Shown: positions 47,835 to 55,221 of the stretch, piece after piece
Layout of the letters: every line of letters starts with the position of its first letter
Position numbering within the stretch: the stretch's first letter is position 1
Assembly (NCBI GenBank): GCA_964409005.1
Contig: CAYPBR010000001.1
Coordinates: forward strand, 18,383 to 82,382
Reading direction: 5' to 3'
Length of the DNA stretch: 64,000 nt
From: Candidatus Woesearchaeota archaeon
GTDB taxonomy: Archaea; Nanobdellota; Nanobdellia; Pacearchaeales; GW2011-AR1
Position numbers and translations under genes: made by a program
Notes under the pieces: model-generated
Database searches by the model: none
Seen by the model: the letters and a program-made list of their open reading frames with translations, nothing else
What the model was told of the DNA's origin: nothing

Positions 47835-48056
47835 CTAAATACTATTTGTATTACGATAATTAATATAATCTCTATATCTTTCTTTTCTTCTATCACCAAC
47901 ACCAACCCACGCAACATTACTAAAACATTCTTTGATATACCATCTTAGTTCAACTCCATCCCAATTATCAGGCATCTTGCTGATTTTCTCTAAAATCTCT
48001 TTCTTCACAATTTCAATCATTCCTTCGAGAAAATTTTTTCTTTCTTTTTCATTCAT
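47835..48056 (-). CDS. hypothetical protein (73 aa)
   Basis: Minus-strand ORF. Confidence 0.4.
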   Translation of the reverse strand: MNEKERKNFLEGMIEIVKKEILEKISKMPDNWDGVELRWYIKECFSNVAWVGVGDRRKERYRDYINYRNTNSI

Positions 48057-48114
48057 TTTACTACCTCCTTATAAGATTACGAAGGGAGTGTAAATTAAAT
48101 ACTCCCTTACTGAA

Positions 48115-48294
48115 TTAATTTTCTTTCCGTACAATTTGAAAGCCTGCGCTTTTAAGAGCAACTCTGATTGAAGTAGCTATATCATATGGTTTATCTAATT
48201 TCATATTCTTAGCTGATACGACTCCTAAAATCATCGCATTTTCAATCATTGCATTCTTAACTACTTTATCTGTTTTTTTATCTGAAGCTGTCAT
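48115..48294 (-). CDS. small hypothetical protein (59 aa; MTASDKKTDKVVKNAMIENAMILGVVSAKNMKLDKPYDIATSIRVALKSAGFQIVRKEN)
   Basis: Hand-translated; sits between two hairpin elements with an RBS 'GGAGGTAGCAAAATG'. Confidence 0.35.
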   Translation of the reverse strand: MTASDKKTDKVVKNAMIENAMILGVVSAKNMKLDKPYDIATSIRVALKSAGFQIVRKEN

Positions 48295-48354
48295 TTTGCT
48301 ACCTCCTTAAATTTAATTCAGCAAGGGAGTCTTTTTCAAAACTCCTATGCTCAA

Positions 48355-48660
48355 TCAAATAGTCTGTGGTTTCATAGCTTCTATATCAGTCAAACACAAT
48401 AATTTTACTTCTTTTTCAGTAAGGTAACTACAATTCCACAAACCATTTTTAATAGGTAATTTAAATTCATCAGGTCTTGTTTTCCATGTCTTTAAATTAC
48501 CATTCACCCTCCATCTTTGAGGAGTTCCATCTGCATTACGATTTATAACATGGTATAATATATCGCCATGTTTTAAGTTGTTTACTTCTTTTCTTGTTAT
48601 CATTTTAATACCTCCTTGTAAAATTACAAGGGAGTCGATTGACTCCCTGTTAAAGATCAT
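48355..48660 (-). CDS. hypothetical protein (101 aa)
   Basis: Minus-strand ORF. Confidence 0.4.
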   Translation of the reverse strand: MIFNRESIDSLVILQGGIKMITRKEVNNLKHGDILYHVINRNADGTPQRWRVNGNLKTWKTRPDEFKLPIKNGLWNCSYLTEKEVKLLCLTDIEAMKPQTI

Positions 48661-48809
48661 TTAATAAATATCGCAACATGATCTTTATTTTCTCTAATAA
48701 TTATCTTTTCCAAATGCGAGCAACAGTTACCTGTCCACGTATCAACTTTAATATTACATACAGGACAAATAATATTTCTTGATTCAATTACTACTTTAAT
48801 CTTTTTCAT
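48657..48809 (-). CDS. small zinc-ribbon protein (50 aa; ...CPVCNIKVDTWTGNCCSH...)
   Basis: Hand-translated; below the ORF-track cutoff. Confidence 0.35.
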   Translation of the reverse strand: MKKIKVVIESRNIICPVCNIKVDTWTGNCCSHLEKIIIRENKDHVAIFIK

Positions 48810-48860
48810 TTTGTTACTCCCTTATAAGATTGCAAGGGAGTCGATTGACTCCCTGTGTAA

Positions 48861-49073
48861 TTAATGTTTTTGAACTGTTATATAAAATTGTTCATCTGCT
48901 TTTGTTGTAATTACAATTCCTACATCATTAGTTAAAACACCTTGTTCTTCAAAACTGTTAAAAGTTCTAATCTCATCGACAATACTATCGTACATATCAT
49001 TGTCGCCTACTAATGTAATTCCTTCACAAAGTAAATCAATCACATCATTTACATCCATTTTTTTCTCCTTCAC
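48861..49073 (-). CDS. hypothetical protein (70 aa)
   Basis: Minus-strand ORF. Confidence 0.4.
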   Translation of the reverse strand: MKEKKMDVNDVIDLLCEGITLVGDNDMYDSIVDEIRTFNSFEEQGVLTNDVGIVITTKADEQFYITVQKH

Positions 49074-49110
49074 TTCTAAGATTACAAGGGAGCCGATTGA
49101 CTCCCTGTTA

Positions 49111-49353
49111 TTATATCGCTAAAGCCTTTGCAAGATATTTAAAGAAGTGTAAACAATTACCATTTTTAAAATCAATCTTAACTAAAATATTTTTGATTTG
49201 TTTTTTTCTTTCTATGCAAGTATTTTTAATAGTATCTAAAACTACTTGCAATGGTATCATGTTTTCACCGCTCTCACCTTCTACAAAAAAGAAATCTTCA
49301 ACGTCATAACCTTTTTCTTCAACTAATGTATCTAACCATTCAGCAAATTTCAT
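49111..49353 (-). CDS. hypothetical protein (80 aa)
   Basis: Minus-strand ORF. Confidence 0.4.
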   Translation of the reverse strand: MKFAEWLDTLVEEKGYDVEDFFFVEGESGENMIPLQVVLDTIKNTCIERKKQIKNILVKIDFKNGNCLHFFKYLAKALAI

Positions 49354-49433
49354 TTTATTTCTCCTTCATTTAATTTACTGCTTTGGCACTTCCAGAGCAT
49401 GATCTCTGATAAAGACTTCAAAGTGCCATAAAT

Positions 49434-49661
49434 CTAATTCTTGCGGTAAATATTTATGCCGACATTGAAGTCAGCAACCTTTACGTTACCGCGAGTTGAA
49501 GCAAGAACCATTGATTTTCCTGATCCACTCAACGTTCCCTTTCCGCCCAAGTTAATTTCCATTTTGAGCTTCTTTGTTTTTGTATCATACTCGTACTTAA
49601 TCTCATCTGTTAATTTCTCCATCTTACTACCTCCGCATTTAATTTTACTTTTTTCTCTCAT
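49434..49661 (-). CDS. hypothetical protein (75 aa)
   Basis: Preceded by promoter-like motif copy P1. Confidence 0.45.
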   Translation of the reverse strand: MREKSKIKCGGSKMEKLTDEIKYEYDTKTKKLKMEINLGGKGTLSGSGKSMVLASTRGNVKVADFNVGINIYRKN

Positions 49662-49692
49662 TAAGTATATTACGTAGTTACGTAACTTATGA
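49655..49692 (-). promoter_or_regulatory. phage-specific promoter-like motif, copy P1
   Basis: Minus-strand TCATAAGTTACGTAACTACGTAATATACTTAATGAGAG. Confidence 0.45.
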
Positions 49693-49734
49693 TTAATTCA
49701 GCAAGGGAGCCTCTTACGAAGCTCCTATGCTCAA

Positions 49735-49980
49735 TTAAAGATGCTCAAGGTATCTTGTTTTTCCACAATACTCACATGACAATCCTTTATCTGATATTCC
49801 ACTACACCAATGACATTTCATTTTCTGCGGTCTTATATCATCAATAACTTTTTCAACCATGTTCTGCATTATTCGCATACCACTTTTAGATATGCTTTTA
49901 ATTGGAGTAGTATTGAATTGATCTTTAAAAAGATAATCAGTTTCAACTTCAACTGTCATATTCTCAATTGCCTTGATCAT
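49735..49980 (-). CDS. hypothetical protein with a CxxC...CxxC motif (81 aa)
   Basis: 'CHWCSG...CEYCGK'. Confidence 0.4.
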   Translation of the reverse strand: MIKAIENMTVEVETDYLFKDQFNTTPIKSISKSGMRIMQNMVEKVIDDIRPQKMKCHWCSGISDKGLSCEYCGKTRYLEHL

Positions 49981-50135
49981 GTCAGCCTACTGCCAATTAA
50001 CATGTCCAAATTTTGATATGTTGTGGATGTAAATACTTGATGCATTTGCTTTGATTTTAATCTTCATTTTGTTACCTCCGTCTTAGGATTGCGTCGGATC
50101 AAAGGAAAAGCGTTTTCACCTTGATCCGGTTAAAA

Positions 50136-50468
50136 TTAAATAGTTGGTAGTCCAAGATAGTTATCGTCGCTCTCAAACCACTTTTTGAGTTTGGCGCACA
50201 TCTTTACAGATGCTTCATTTCTTAAATCGTACCAACCATCTTTGTCCAGTTCAGCATACTTCTTTGCAACTTCAACTATTGTTCTCCAAAAGCTCTGTTG
50301 TAAAGTTCTATGCTGATGAGTGATTGCATCGAAGAAATATTTAACGTGTTTTTCATAAGAAAAGTTATTAATCTCATTAAATAGCTGATCGACAATTTTT
50401 CTCATTGATTCACGTTCAGTTCTTTCTCTCATTGCATCTTCCATTTTTTCTTCTTCTGCTGGACTCAT
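50136..50468 (-). CDS. hypothetical protein (110 aa)
   Basis: Minus-strand ORF. Confidence 0.4.
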   Translation of the reverse strand: MSPAEEEKMEDAMRERTERESMRKIVDQLFNEINNFSYEKHVKYFFDAITHQHRTLQQSFWRTIVEVAKKYAELDKDGWYDLRNEASVKMCAKLKKWFESDDNYLGLPTI

Positions 50469-50534
50469 TTTACTACCTCCTTAAAGGATTTTTTATTTCT
50501 AAGATTGCAAGGGAGTCAATTGACTCCCTTTTGT

Positions 50535-50738
50535 TTAGCAAGATGTATTCAACTGTTCTTTAGTAGCGTAAAAAATTGCACAACTAACTTCAACTTCAGC
50601 TTTTGTCAATGAGCTAATAGTTGACAAGTTTGCTCTTGAGTTGGGTATACTTTCTTTTACTTTAATAAGGTCTTCCCTTGCTCTAAGTAATCTATCTTGA
50701 ACTGTCATTATGCTACCTCCTAAAGTTTTATATTTCAT
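50535..50738 (-). CDS. hypothetical protein (67 aa)
   Basis: Preceded by the terminator plus promoter-like motif copy P2. Confidence 0.45.
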   Translation of the reverse strand: MKYKTLGGSIMTVQDRLLRAREDLIKVKESIPNSRANLSTISSLTKAEVEVSCAIFYATKEQLNTSC

Positions 50739-50741
50739 TCT

Positions 50742-50779
50742 CCCTCACTAAATATATTACGTAACGCCGTAACTTATGA
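50742..50779 (-). promoter_or_regulatory. phage-specific promoter-like motif, copy P2
   Basis: Minus-strand TCATAAGTTACGGCGTTACGTAATATATTTAGTGAGGG. Confidence 0.45.
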
Positions 50780-50817
50780 TAAAGTACATTTCTATATATA
50801 TATGCCTTAACTTTTAG

Positions 50818-50850
50818 TTAAAAAAAACAGGGATCGTTAAATCCCTGTTT
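50818..50850 (-). terminator. rho-independent terminator (CAGGGATTTAACGATCCCTG followed by T8 on the minus strand)
   Basis: GC-rich stem followed by a U-run, read on the minus strand. Confidence 0.6.
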
Positions 50851-50855
50851 CGTGT

Positions 50856-51110
50856 TTAATATGTAAATTTTGCATCTTTTGTCATTGACCACAACAAGGC
50901 ATCAGCATTAATTATTCCAACTCTGTTGTCATTAAGATATATACTAATCTCTTTTCCTACCAAGGACTTTGGTGTCCTATCGTTTATAAGATTAATAACA
51001 TCTTTTGTGATCTTTAACTCGCTCCTTTCCCTTATCTTATAGGTAAAGTTAAGTGCGTTTAAAGCTATACCTGTTTTTTCGGCATCGCCTTCACTCATTG
51101 TTCTCACCAC
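50856..51110 (-). CDS. hypothetical protein (84 aa)
   Basis: Minus-strand ORF. Confidence 0.4.
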   Translation of the reverse strand: MVRTMSEGDAEKTGIALNALNFTYKIRERSELKITKDVINLINDRTPKSLVGKEISIYLNDNRVGIINADALLWSMTKDAKFTY

Positions 51111-51134
51111 CTTTCATTATAAGATTGCTTTTAA

Positions 51135-51180
51135 AAAAGAAGGAAGGGAAGGCCTTTTCCGGAAAAGGCCTTTTATCTTT
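51135..51180 (-). terminator. bidirectional intrinsic terminator (GGCCTTTTCCGGAAAAGGCC with T-runs on both sides)
   Basis: Perfect 8-bp GC-rich stem. TTTTATCTTT follows on the plus strand; TTCCCTTCCTTCTTTTTT follows on the minus strand. Confidence 0.6.
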
Positions 51181-51440
51181 ATAGTGGGTTTCAGTTAGTT
51201 GATATTTTCAATCCACTAGGGATTAATTATAAACCTCCAAACCTATCGGAAGTACTCTCATAAGAGCCTCGGTCTACGGATAAAACCGCTTCCTTCCCGA
51301 GCTGTCACCCGGACTAACCTACATCAGTCTTTCCTGATAGCCAGATTATCTCGAAAACTTAGTGTCAAGTCCCTTCCTTCAGTCGTACGACTTCTTATGT
51401 TACTGCTCCGATACCTTAGCGGATTCAGAATAACGAAGCA
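51181..51440 (-). ncRNA. candidate structured non-coding RNA, about 260 nt, GC-enriched, bounded by two terminators
   Basis: No ORF on either strand. Markedly higher GC than the surroundings. Multiple nested inverted repeats (TACTGCT...AGCAGTA; AGTCGTACGACT; CTTCC...GGAAG). Confidence 0.3.
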
Positions 51441-51443
51441 GTA

Positions 51444-51477
51444 GCATAAAAAGCGGAATATATTTCAACTCCGCTTC
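51444..51477 (-). terminator. rho-independent terminator (GCGGAGTTGAAATATATTCCGC followed by TTTTTAT on the minus strand)
   Basis: Stem-loop plus U-run directly after the stop of the 51487..51912 gene. Confidence 0.6.
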
Positions 51478-51486
51478 TCACGACAG

Positions 51487-51912
51487 TCATTTTACCAGGC
51501 TTATTTTCTTCTTTCCAGTTTTCTTTTTGGCAGTAACCGTGATCGTTTTCTTCCGTGTACCATTGGTTGCGCCAGAAGGAATGTCTCTCATGTCCAATTT
51601 ACCGAGTTCAACTGAAACAAGACCGGCATTCGTTTTGCGGGGAATATCAGGATTCATACTCTCAAGCTTGTCAAGAATCTGTTTTCTTGTCTTCCCAGCA
51701 CTTGCCATCTTGCGAATGACTCCAGTCTTTCCGCCTTTTCCATACTGATTATCAACAGTATGGACAGCAACTTTCTTTTCCGACGTTGTCTTCTTTACAA
51801 CGGGTTTTTTTGAAGTTGCTTTCTTTGTTGCTACTTTCTTTTTTACTACTGTCTTTGCTTTTGCCATTACTGGCCTCCTTAGAGTTTTTTTTATGAGGCT
51901 TTTTTTCCTCAC
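51487..51912 (-). CDS. histone H1-like lysine-rich DNA-binding protein (paralogous core with 30181..30762)
   Basis: 'AKAKTVVKKKVATKKATSKKPVVKK...'. Central 'GGKTGVIRKMASAGKTRKQILDKLESM' aligns with 'GGKSYSQVAREVLTKTDGNRKKATAKLKEL'. Confidence 0.55.
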   Translation of the reverse strand: MRKKSLIKKTLRRPVMAKAKTVVKKKVATKKATSKKPVVKKTTSEKKVAVHTVDNQYGKGGKTGVIRKMASAGKTRKQILDKLESMNPDIPRKTNAGLVSVELGKLDMRDIPSGATNGTRKKTITVTAKKKTGKKKISLVK

Positions 51913-51943
51913 TTATTTTATTATGTAGTGACGTAACTTATGA
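51907..51943 (-). promoter_or_regulatory. phage-specific promoter-like motif, copy P3
   Basis: Minus-strand TCATAAGTTACGTCACTACATAATAAAATAAGTGAGG. Lies 30-45 nt upstream of the ATG of 51487..51912. Confidence 0.45.
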
Positions 51944-51964
51944 CTTTTCACTACATAATAAAAT

Positions 51965-52060
51965 AGTCGCTGCTTTTTAAGAGCAAGGCTTTAAATTATT
52001 TTGTGTTTCAACGGTAATGTCTACTGACCGTTATCTTCTAAAGTAGCTAAAGCAGCGACT
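51965..52060 (-). other. extended stem-loop of about 95 nt (AGTCGCTGCTTT...AAAGCAGCGACT with inner AACGGT...ACCGTT); candidate terminator or small structured RNA
   Basis: Long outer stem with a nested inner hairpin; TTTTATTATG follows on the minus strand. Confidence 0.4.
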
Positions 52061-52067
52061 ACTTAAT

Positions 52068-52307
52068 TTACGCTTCCACAAAAGGTACTTTGAATAAATT
52101 GAGAAATATTTTATTCAACGAAACACGACCAATTACTTCGCTGTTCAATACTACTGCTACACTAGTCTTTGTTAGAGACTTTTCTTCTTCTTTCATCATA
52201 GACATGAGTTCTTTAGCAGTAAAATGATTCATCAATTCACTTAGCGAAGTAAAATGATAAAACTTACCATTTTGTGAGAACTGTACTCGGTATCTAATAT
52301 CTTCCAT
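52068..52307 (-). CDS. hypothetical protein (79 aa)
   Basis: Preceded by the terminator plus promoter-like motif copy P4. Confidence 0.45.
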   Translation of the reverse strand: MEDIRYRVQFSQNGKFYHFTSLSELMNHFTAKELMSMMKEEEKSLTKTSVAVVLNSEVIGRVSLNKIFLNLFKVPFVEA

Positions 52308-52332
52308 AATACACTCCCTAAATAGTTTATTC

Positions 52333-52370
52333 CCCTCACTTATATTATTGTGTAACGCCGTAACTTATGA
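52333..52370 (-). promoter_or_regulatory. phage-specific promoter-like motif, copy P4
   Basis: Minus-strand TCATAAGTTACGGCGTTACACAATAATATAAGTGAGGG, directly after the terminator and before the RBS. Confidence 0.45.
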
Positions 52371-52377
52371 CTTTAAT

Positions 52378-52410
52378 AAAAAAAAGAGGCTAGTTTAAAC
52401 CTAGCCTCTT
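52378..52410 (-). terminator. rho-independent terminator (GAGGCTAGGTTTAAACTAGCCTC followed by T8)
   Basis: Read on the minus strand, downstream of the 52613..54430 gene. Confidence 0.6.
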
Positions 52411-52579
52411 AAAGCTCCCTAGAATATTCTATTTATATTTTTTCGCGCTCTTCACGCCAATATTTAGAACATTAGAACCACCCCCTAGTTTACTCACGGG
52501 TACTCATCCAATTACGTTCTGAAAGGGTTATCCCTTCCCCACACAATATAAAATTATTTAAAAACATTAAACTATACAC

Positions 52580-52612
52580 CTATAATAAACCCATCAAATC
52601 TTTATTTGTCCA
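52580..52612 (-). promoter_or_regulatory. conserved intergenic motif M3 (GTGGACAAATAAAGATTTGATGGGTTTATTATA)
   Basis: Third, more divergent copy, just after the stop of the sigma-like gene. Confidence 0.3.
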
Positions 52613-54430
52613 CTATTTTTTTTTAAAACCTAATAATGGTTGTTGCATTTCACTGGTATCGATTATTTGATCTATTTTTGATTTAGGTTTATAGTTACCA
52701 ATCAAACTTGAAAGATTTAACATTGTTTGTTCTATTATTTTATAAATTGAAATCCAGTATATCAACAAACCTACATCAGACCATTCTTTTTCCTGTTTTC
52801 CAGATTTTACAAAATCTTCCATTTCTCTTTTAAATTTTTCATCTTCACCAAGTTTGATTAATAATTTTATTTCTCTTCTATTAACATCGCCAGCGCTCCA
52901 CTTCTTCTGTGATCCTTTTCTTTTTTCATATTGTGTTAAGAAATTTGCTACTTCACCGGGGGCCCATCCTTGAGCATACCTTCTAAGTGAAGCGGGAGAA
53001 TCTTCATCTATAAATAAACCAAATCTTCTCGTCAAAATTTCTCTATCAATAGGATTTTTAAAGACTCTATTTAAAGATTGTTTGACTCCACTTTTCACTA
53101 CTGCTTTTTGAGCTTCAACCCACGGATCAATTCTATAATGACCAAATGTTTCTATCTCCTCATCATTAAGTATACTTTGCATAGTTGTTGCCGTATTGCT
53201 CTTCGGATCAGCAATTATTTTCTGAAGTGATTCCATTTTTTTACTTTGACTTTTTGCATTTCTTACTTTTTCAAGTGTCCACGGATAAGCAATGAAAGTT
53301 TTGTTACCTTTAATATTCGCAAGACTTTTACGTTTAGATTCTAATGTTTCGAGAATTTCAGCATCGGAAGGTATTGCTTTATCATGTGCTTCTTTATATT
53401 CATCAAGCGTATCTTTAAAGAACCACAAGTACATTTGATTTTTAGCGGAAGCCTTTAAATGACCACCAGCACCACTTCCCACAGCAAGAGCCGCCGCCAA
53501 ATCAGCTTTAAGAAATGAAAGCACATAAGTTTTAAAAGTCGCTCTTTTATCTTTCGGTTTATTTATTAAAAATGATTGAGCCGCTTTCATCACTACAACA
53601 GCGGCTTCCATTTTTAAATCTTCTTGTTCAAATCCAAATTTTCTTGCATCCCATCCACCTTTAAGACGAGTGTTATAATACTTACCTGCAATTTTTTCAA
53701 ACATATCCCAGTTTGCTCTTACTAATTGCTGAGCTTGATCTTTGATGCCTTCACTAATAAGCCTTGTGTTCATTGCTCTAACTTCTATTTCTGTTTGATC
53801 AGCTTTTTTCTTTTGAGTTAATTGCTTTTTTGTCCAACTTGACTTTGCTTTTCTTTTTACATTTTCTCTTGGTACGCCTTTTTTAATATAAGTTTTACTA
53901 TTAGATATAAATTCAATATCAAGTTGTGTAGGCGCTTGAGTAGTAGTCCCATTTGTTGCAATAACTTTACCAGTATAACTTTCTCCACCAAAATTAAATG
54001 ATACAGAAGTTCCAATCTTTATTCTTTCGGCAGTAAAAATTTTTTGACCTTTACCTCCTGCCATTCCTAATTTTTGTTTTTCAAGAAATTTCTTCTTTTG
54101 CTTTCGAGTTTCAAAATATTTATGTTTTCCTTCTTGATAAAAGTCTTCAATTTTTACTTTTTTCTTAGTTATGACAGGTTTTTTCTTAACTGTGAGCTTA
54201 GGCGTCGTTTTCTTTACAACAGGCTTCTTTTCAATAACAAGTTTTTTAGTAACAGGTTTTTTTACAACTAACTCTTTTTTAGCAATAGACTTTTTCTTTA
54301 TAGGTTTTTTTACAACTAATTTCTTCTTCGGTTCGTCATAAGTATAATACCACTTACCTTTTATCTTTTTCTTGCTTTTATATTTTGATCCTGCTACTGA
54401 ACTTCCTTTAACTGGCATGATTACCTCCAT
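52613..54430 (-). CDS. lysine-rich N-terminal domain protein with a sigma-70 region-4-like motif; candidate phage sigma or transcription factor
   Basis: N-terminal KKP(V/I)KKK repeats. 'RATFKTYVLSFLKADL' is region-2.3/2.4-like. 'DREILTRRFGLFIDEDSPASLRRYAQ' resembles region 4.2 ('ERE.L.LRFGL'). Confidence 0.4.
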   Translation of the reverse strand: MEVIMPVKGSSVAGSKYKSKKKIKGKWYYTYDEPKKKLVVKKPIKKKSIAKKELVVKKPVTKKLVIEKKPVVKKTTPKLTVKKKPVITKKKVKIEDFYQEGKHKYFETRKQKKKFLEKQKLGMAGGKGQKIFTAERIKIGTSVSFNFGGESYTGKVIATNGTTTQAPTQLDIEFISNSKTYIKKGVPRENVKRKAKSSWTKKQLTQKKKADQTEIEVRAMNTRLISEGIKDQAQQLVRANWDMFEKIAGKYYNTRLKGGWDARKFGFEQEDLKMEAAVVVMKAAQSFLINKPKDKRATFKTYVLSFLKADLAAALAVGSGAGGHLKASAKNQMYLWFFKDTLDEYKEAHDKAIPSDAEILETLESKRKSLANIKGNKTFIAYPWTLEKVRNAKSQSKKMESLQKIIADPKSNTATTMQSILNDEEIETFGHYRIDPWVEAQKAVVKSGVKQSLNRVFKNPIDREILTRRFGLFIDEDSPASLRRYAQGWAPGEVANFLTQYEKRKGSQKKWSAGDVNRREIKLLIKLGEDEKFKREMEDFVKSGKQEKEWSDVGLLIYWISIYKIIEQTMLNLSSLIGNYKPKSKIDQIIDTSEMQQPLLGFKKK

Positions 54431-54489
54431 TATAAATCCACCCCTCCCGTCAGGGATGGGACGAAAGGGGTGGTGAGAAAGAAAAAAAT

Positions 54490-54933
54490 TTATTTAGATA
54501 TTAATGCTACAGTTAATCCCCCACCAAGAAAAGACACCACTCCTATAATAACTCCTGTTAATATATTTTTACGTCGATTTTCTTTTTTATCATCTACTTG
54601 AAAATTTTCAATTACTGTATCTTCAAGTTCAAATTCATAACGAAGATGAGCAATTTCTATACGAACAGGTTCTTCATATGATATATAAAGATCACTATCT
54701 GCAAGAATATAAGTTGCAGGCGGCAATATTATTTCAGCAGAAGCTTTCTCAATATAATCATACATTTGAATGAAAACTATTAACTGCTCCAAACTTACAG
54801 ACCTTAACCATATTTCTACTTCTTCATCCGTTAACGGTTTGTAATCATTTGGATAAATTGAGACTATCGAGAGCATTATCATCAATAGGCTTAACATTAC
54901 GACGATCAGTGACTTCATGTTTTCCCTCCGCAA
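54490..54933 (-). CDS. membrane protein with N- and C-terminal TM segments (147 aa)
   Basis: 'LIVVMLSLLMIMLSIVSI' and 'ILTGVIIGVVSFLGGGLTVALI'. Overlaps the upstream gene by 89 nt. Confidence 0.4.
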   Translation of the reverse strand: MRRENMKSLIVVMLSLLMIMLSIVSIYPNDYKPLTDEEVEIWLRSVSLEQLIVFIQMYDYIEKASAEIILPPATYILADSDLYISYEEPVRIEIAHLRYEFELEDTVIENFQVDDKKENRRKNILTGVIIGVVSFLGGGLTVALISK

Positions 54934-55216
54934 TTATAATTTTTCCTTCTACTATTCCAGCCGATTTGACGTCTTTTGCTTTTATTTGTTTTCCCTTCTT
55001 ATTAATTGGCAATTTAACCGGAATATACCTTGTACCATTCTTTACATGAATAATTGTATCATCATTAACATCCGCTATAAAAGCTATTGGCTTTTCTACT
55101 TTCCCTATAATGACTTTTCTTATCTTTAAAGTTGCTATAGTCCCAGCAATAGCAACTGCAATAAATCCTATAACTTTTATTACGACCTTCCAATTCTTTT
55201 TTATCCATTTCCACAT
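54845..55216 (-). CDS. N-terminally anchored membrane protein (123 aa)
   Basis: 'VVIKVIGFIAVAIAGTIATL' TM helix. Confidence 0.4.
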   Translation of the reverse strand: MWKWIKKNWKVVIKVIGFIAVAIAGTIATLKIRKVIIGKVEKPIAFIADVNDDTIIHVKNGTRYIPVKLPINKKGKQIKAKDVKSAGIVEGKIIIAEGKHEVTDRRNVKPIDDNALDSLNLSK

Positions 55217-55221
55217 TTTTT

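Noticed and set aside
45240-50530. The TTGCAAT element after the hairpins read as a sigma-70 -35 box (TTGACA-like)
   Set aside because: The RBS and ATG follow within about 10-25 nt, and there is no correctly spaced -10 element. The promoter reading is untenable. Kept instead as a conserved flank of the hairpin element.
51181-51440. tRNA or tmRNA in the GC-rich non-coding region
   Set aside because: 'TTTTCAATCC' superficially resembles a T-loop, but there is no complementary T-stem or 7-bp acceptor stem, and no terminal CCA context.
52613-54430. Confident call of the 605-aa protein as a bona fide sigma-70 factor
   Set aside because: Only region-4.2-like 'REILTRRFGL' and a weak region-2-like segment are seen. 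Long lysine-rich and unrelated segments intervene. Kept as a low-confidence 'sigma-like' call pending profile search.
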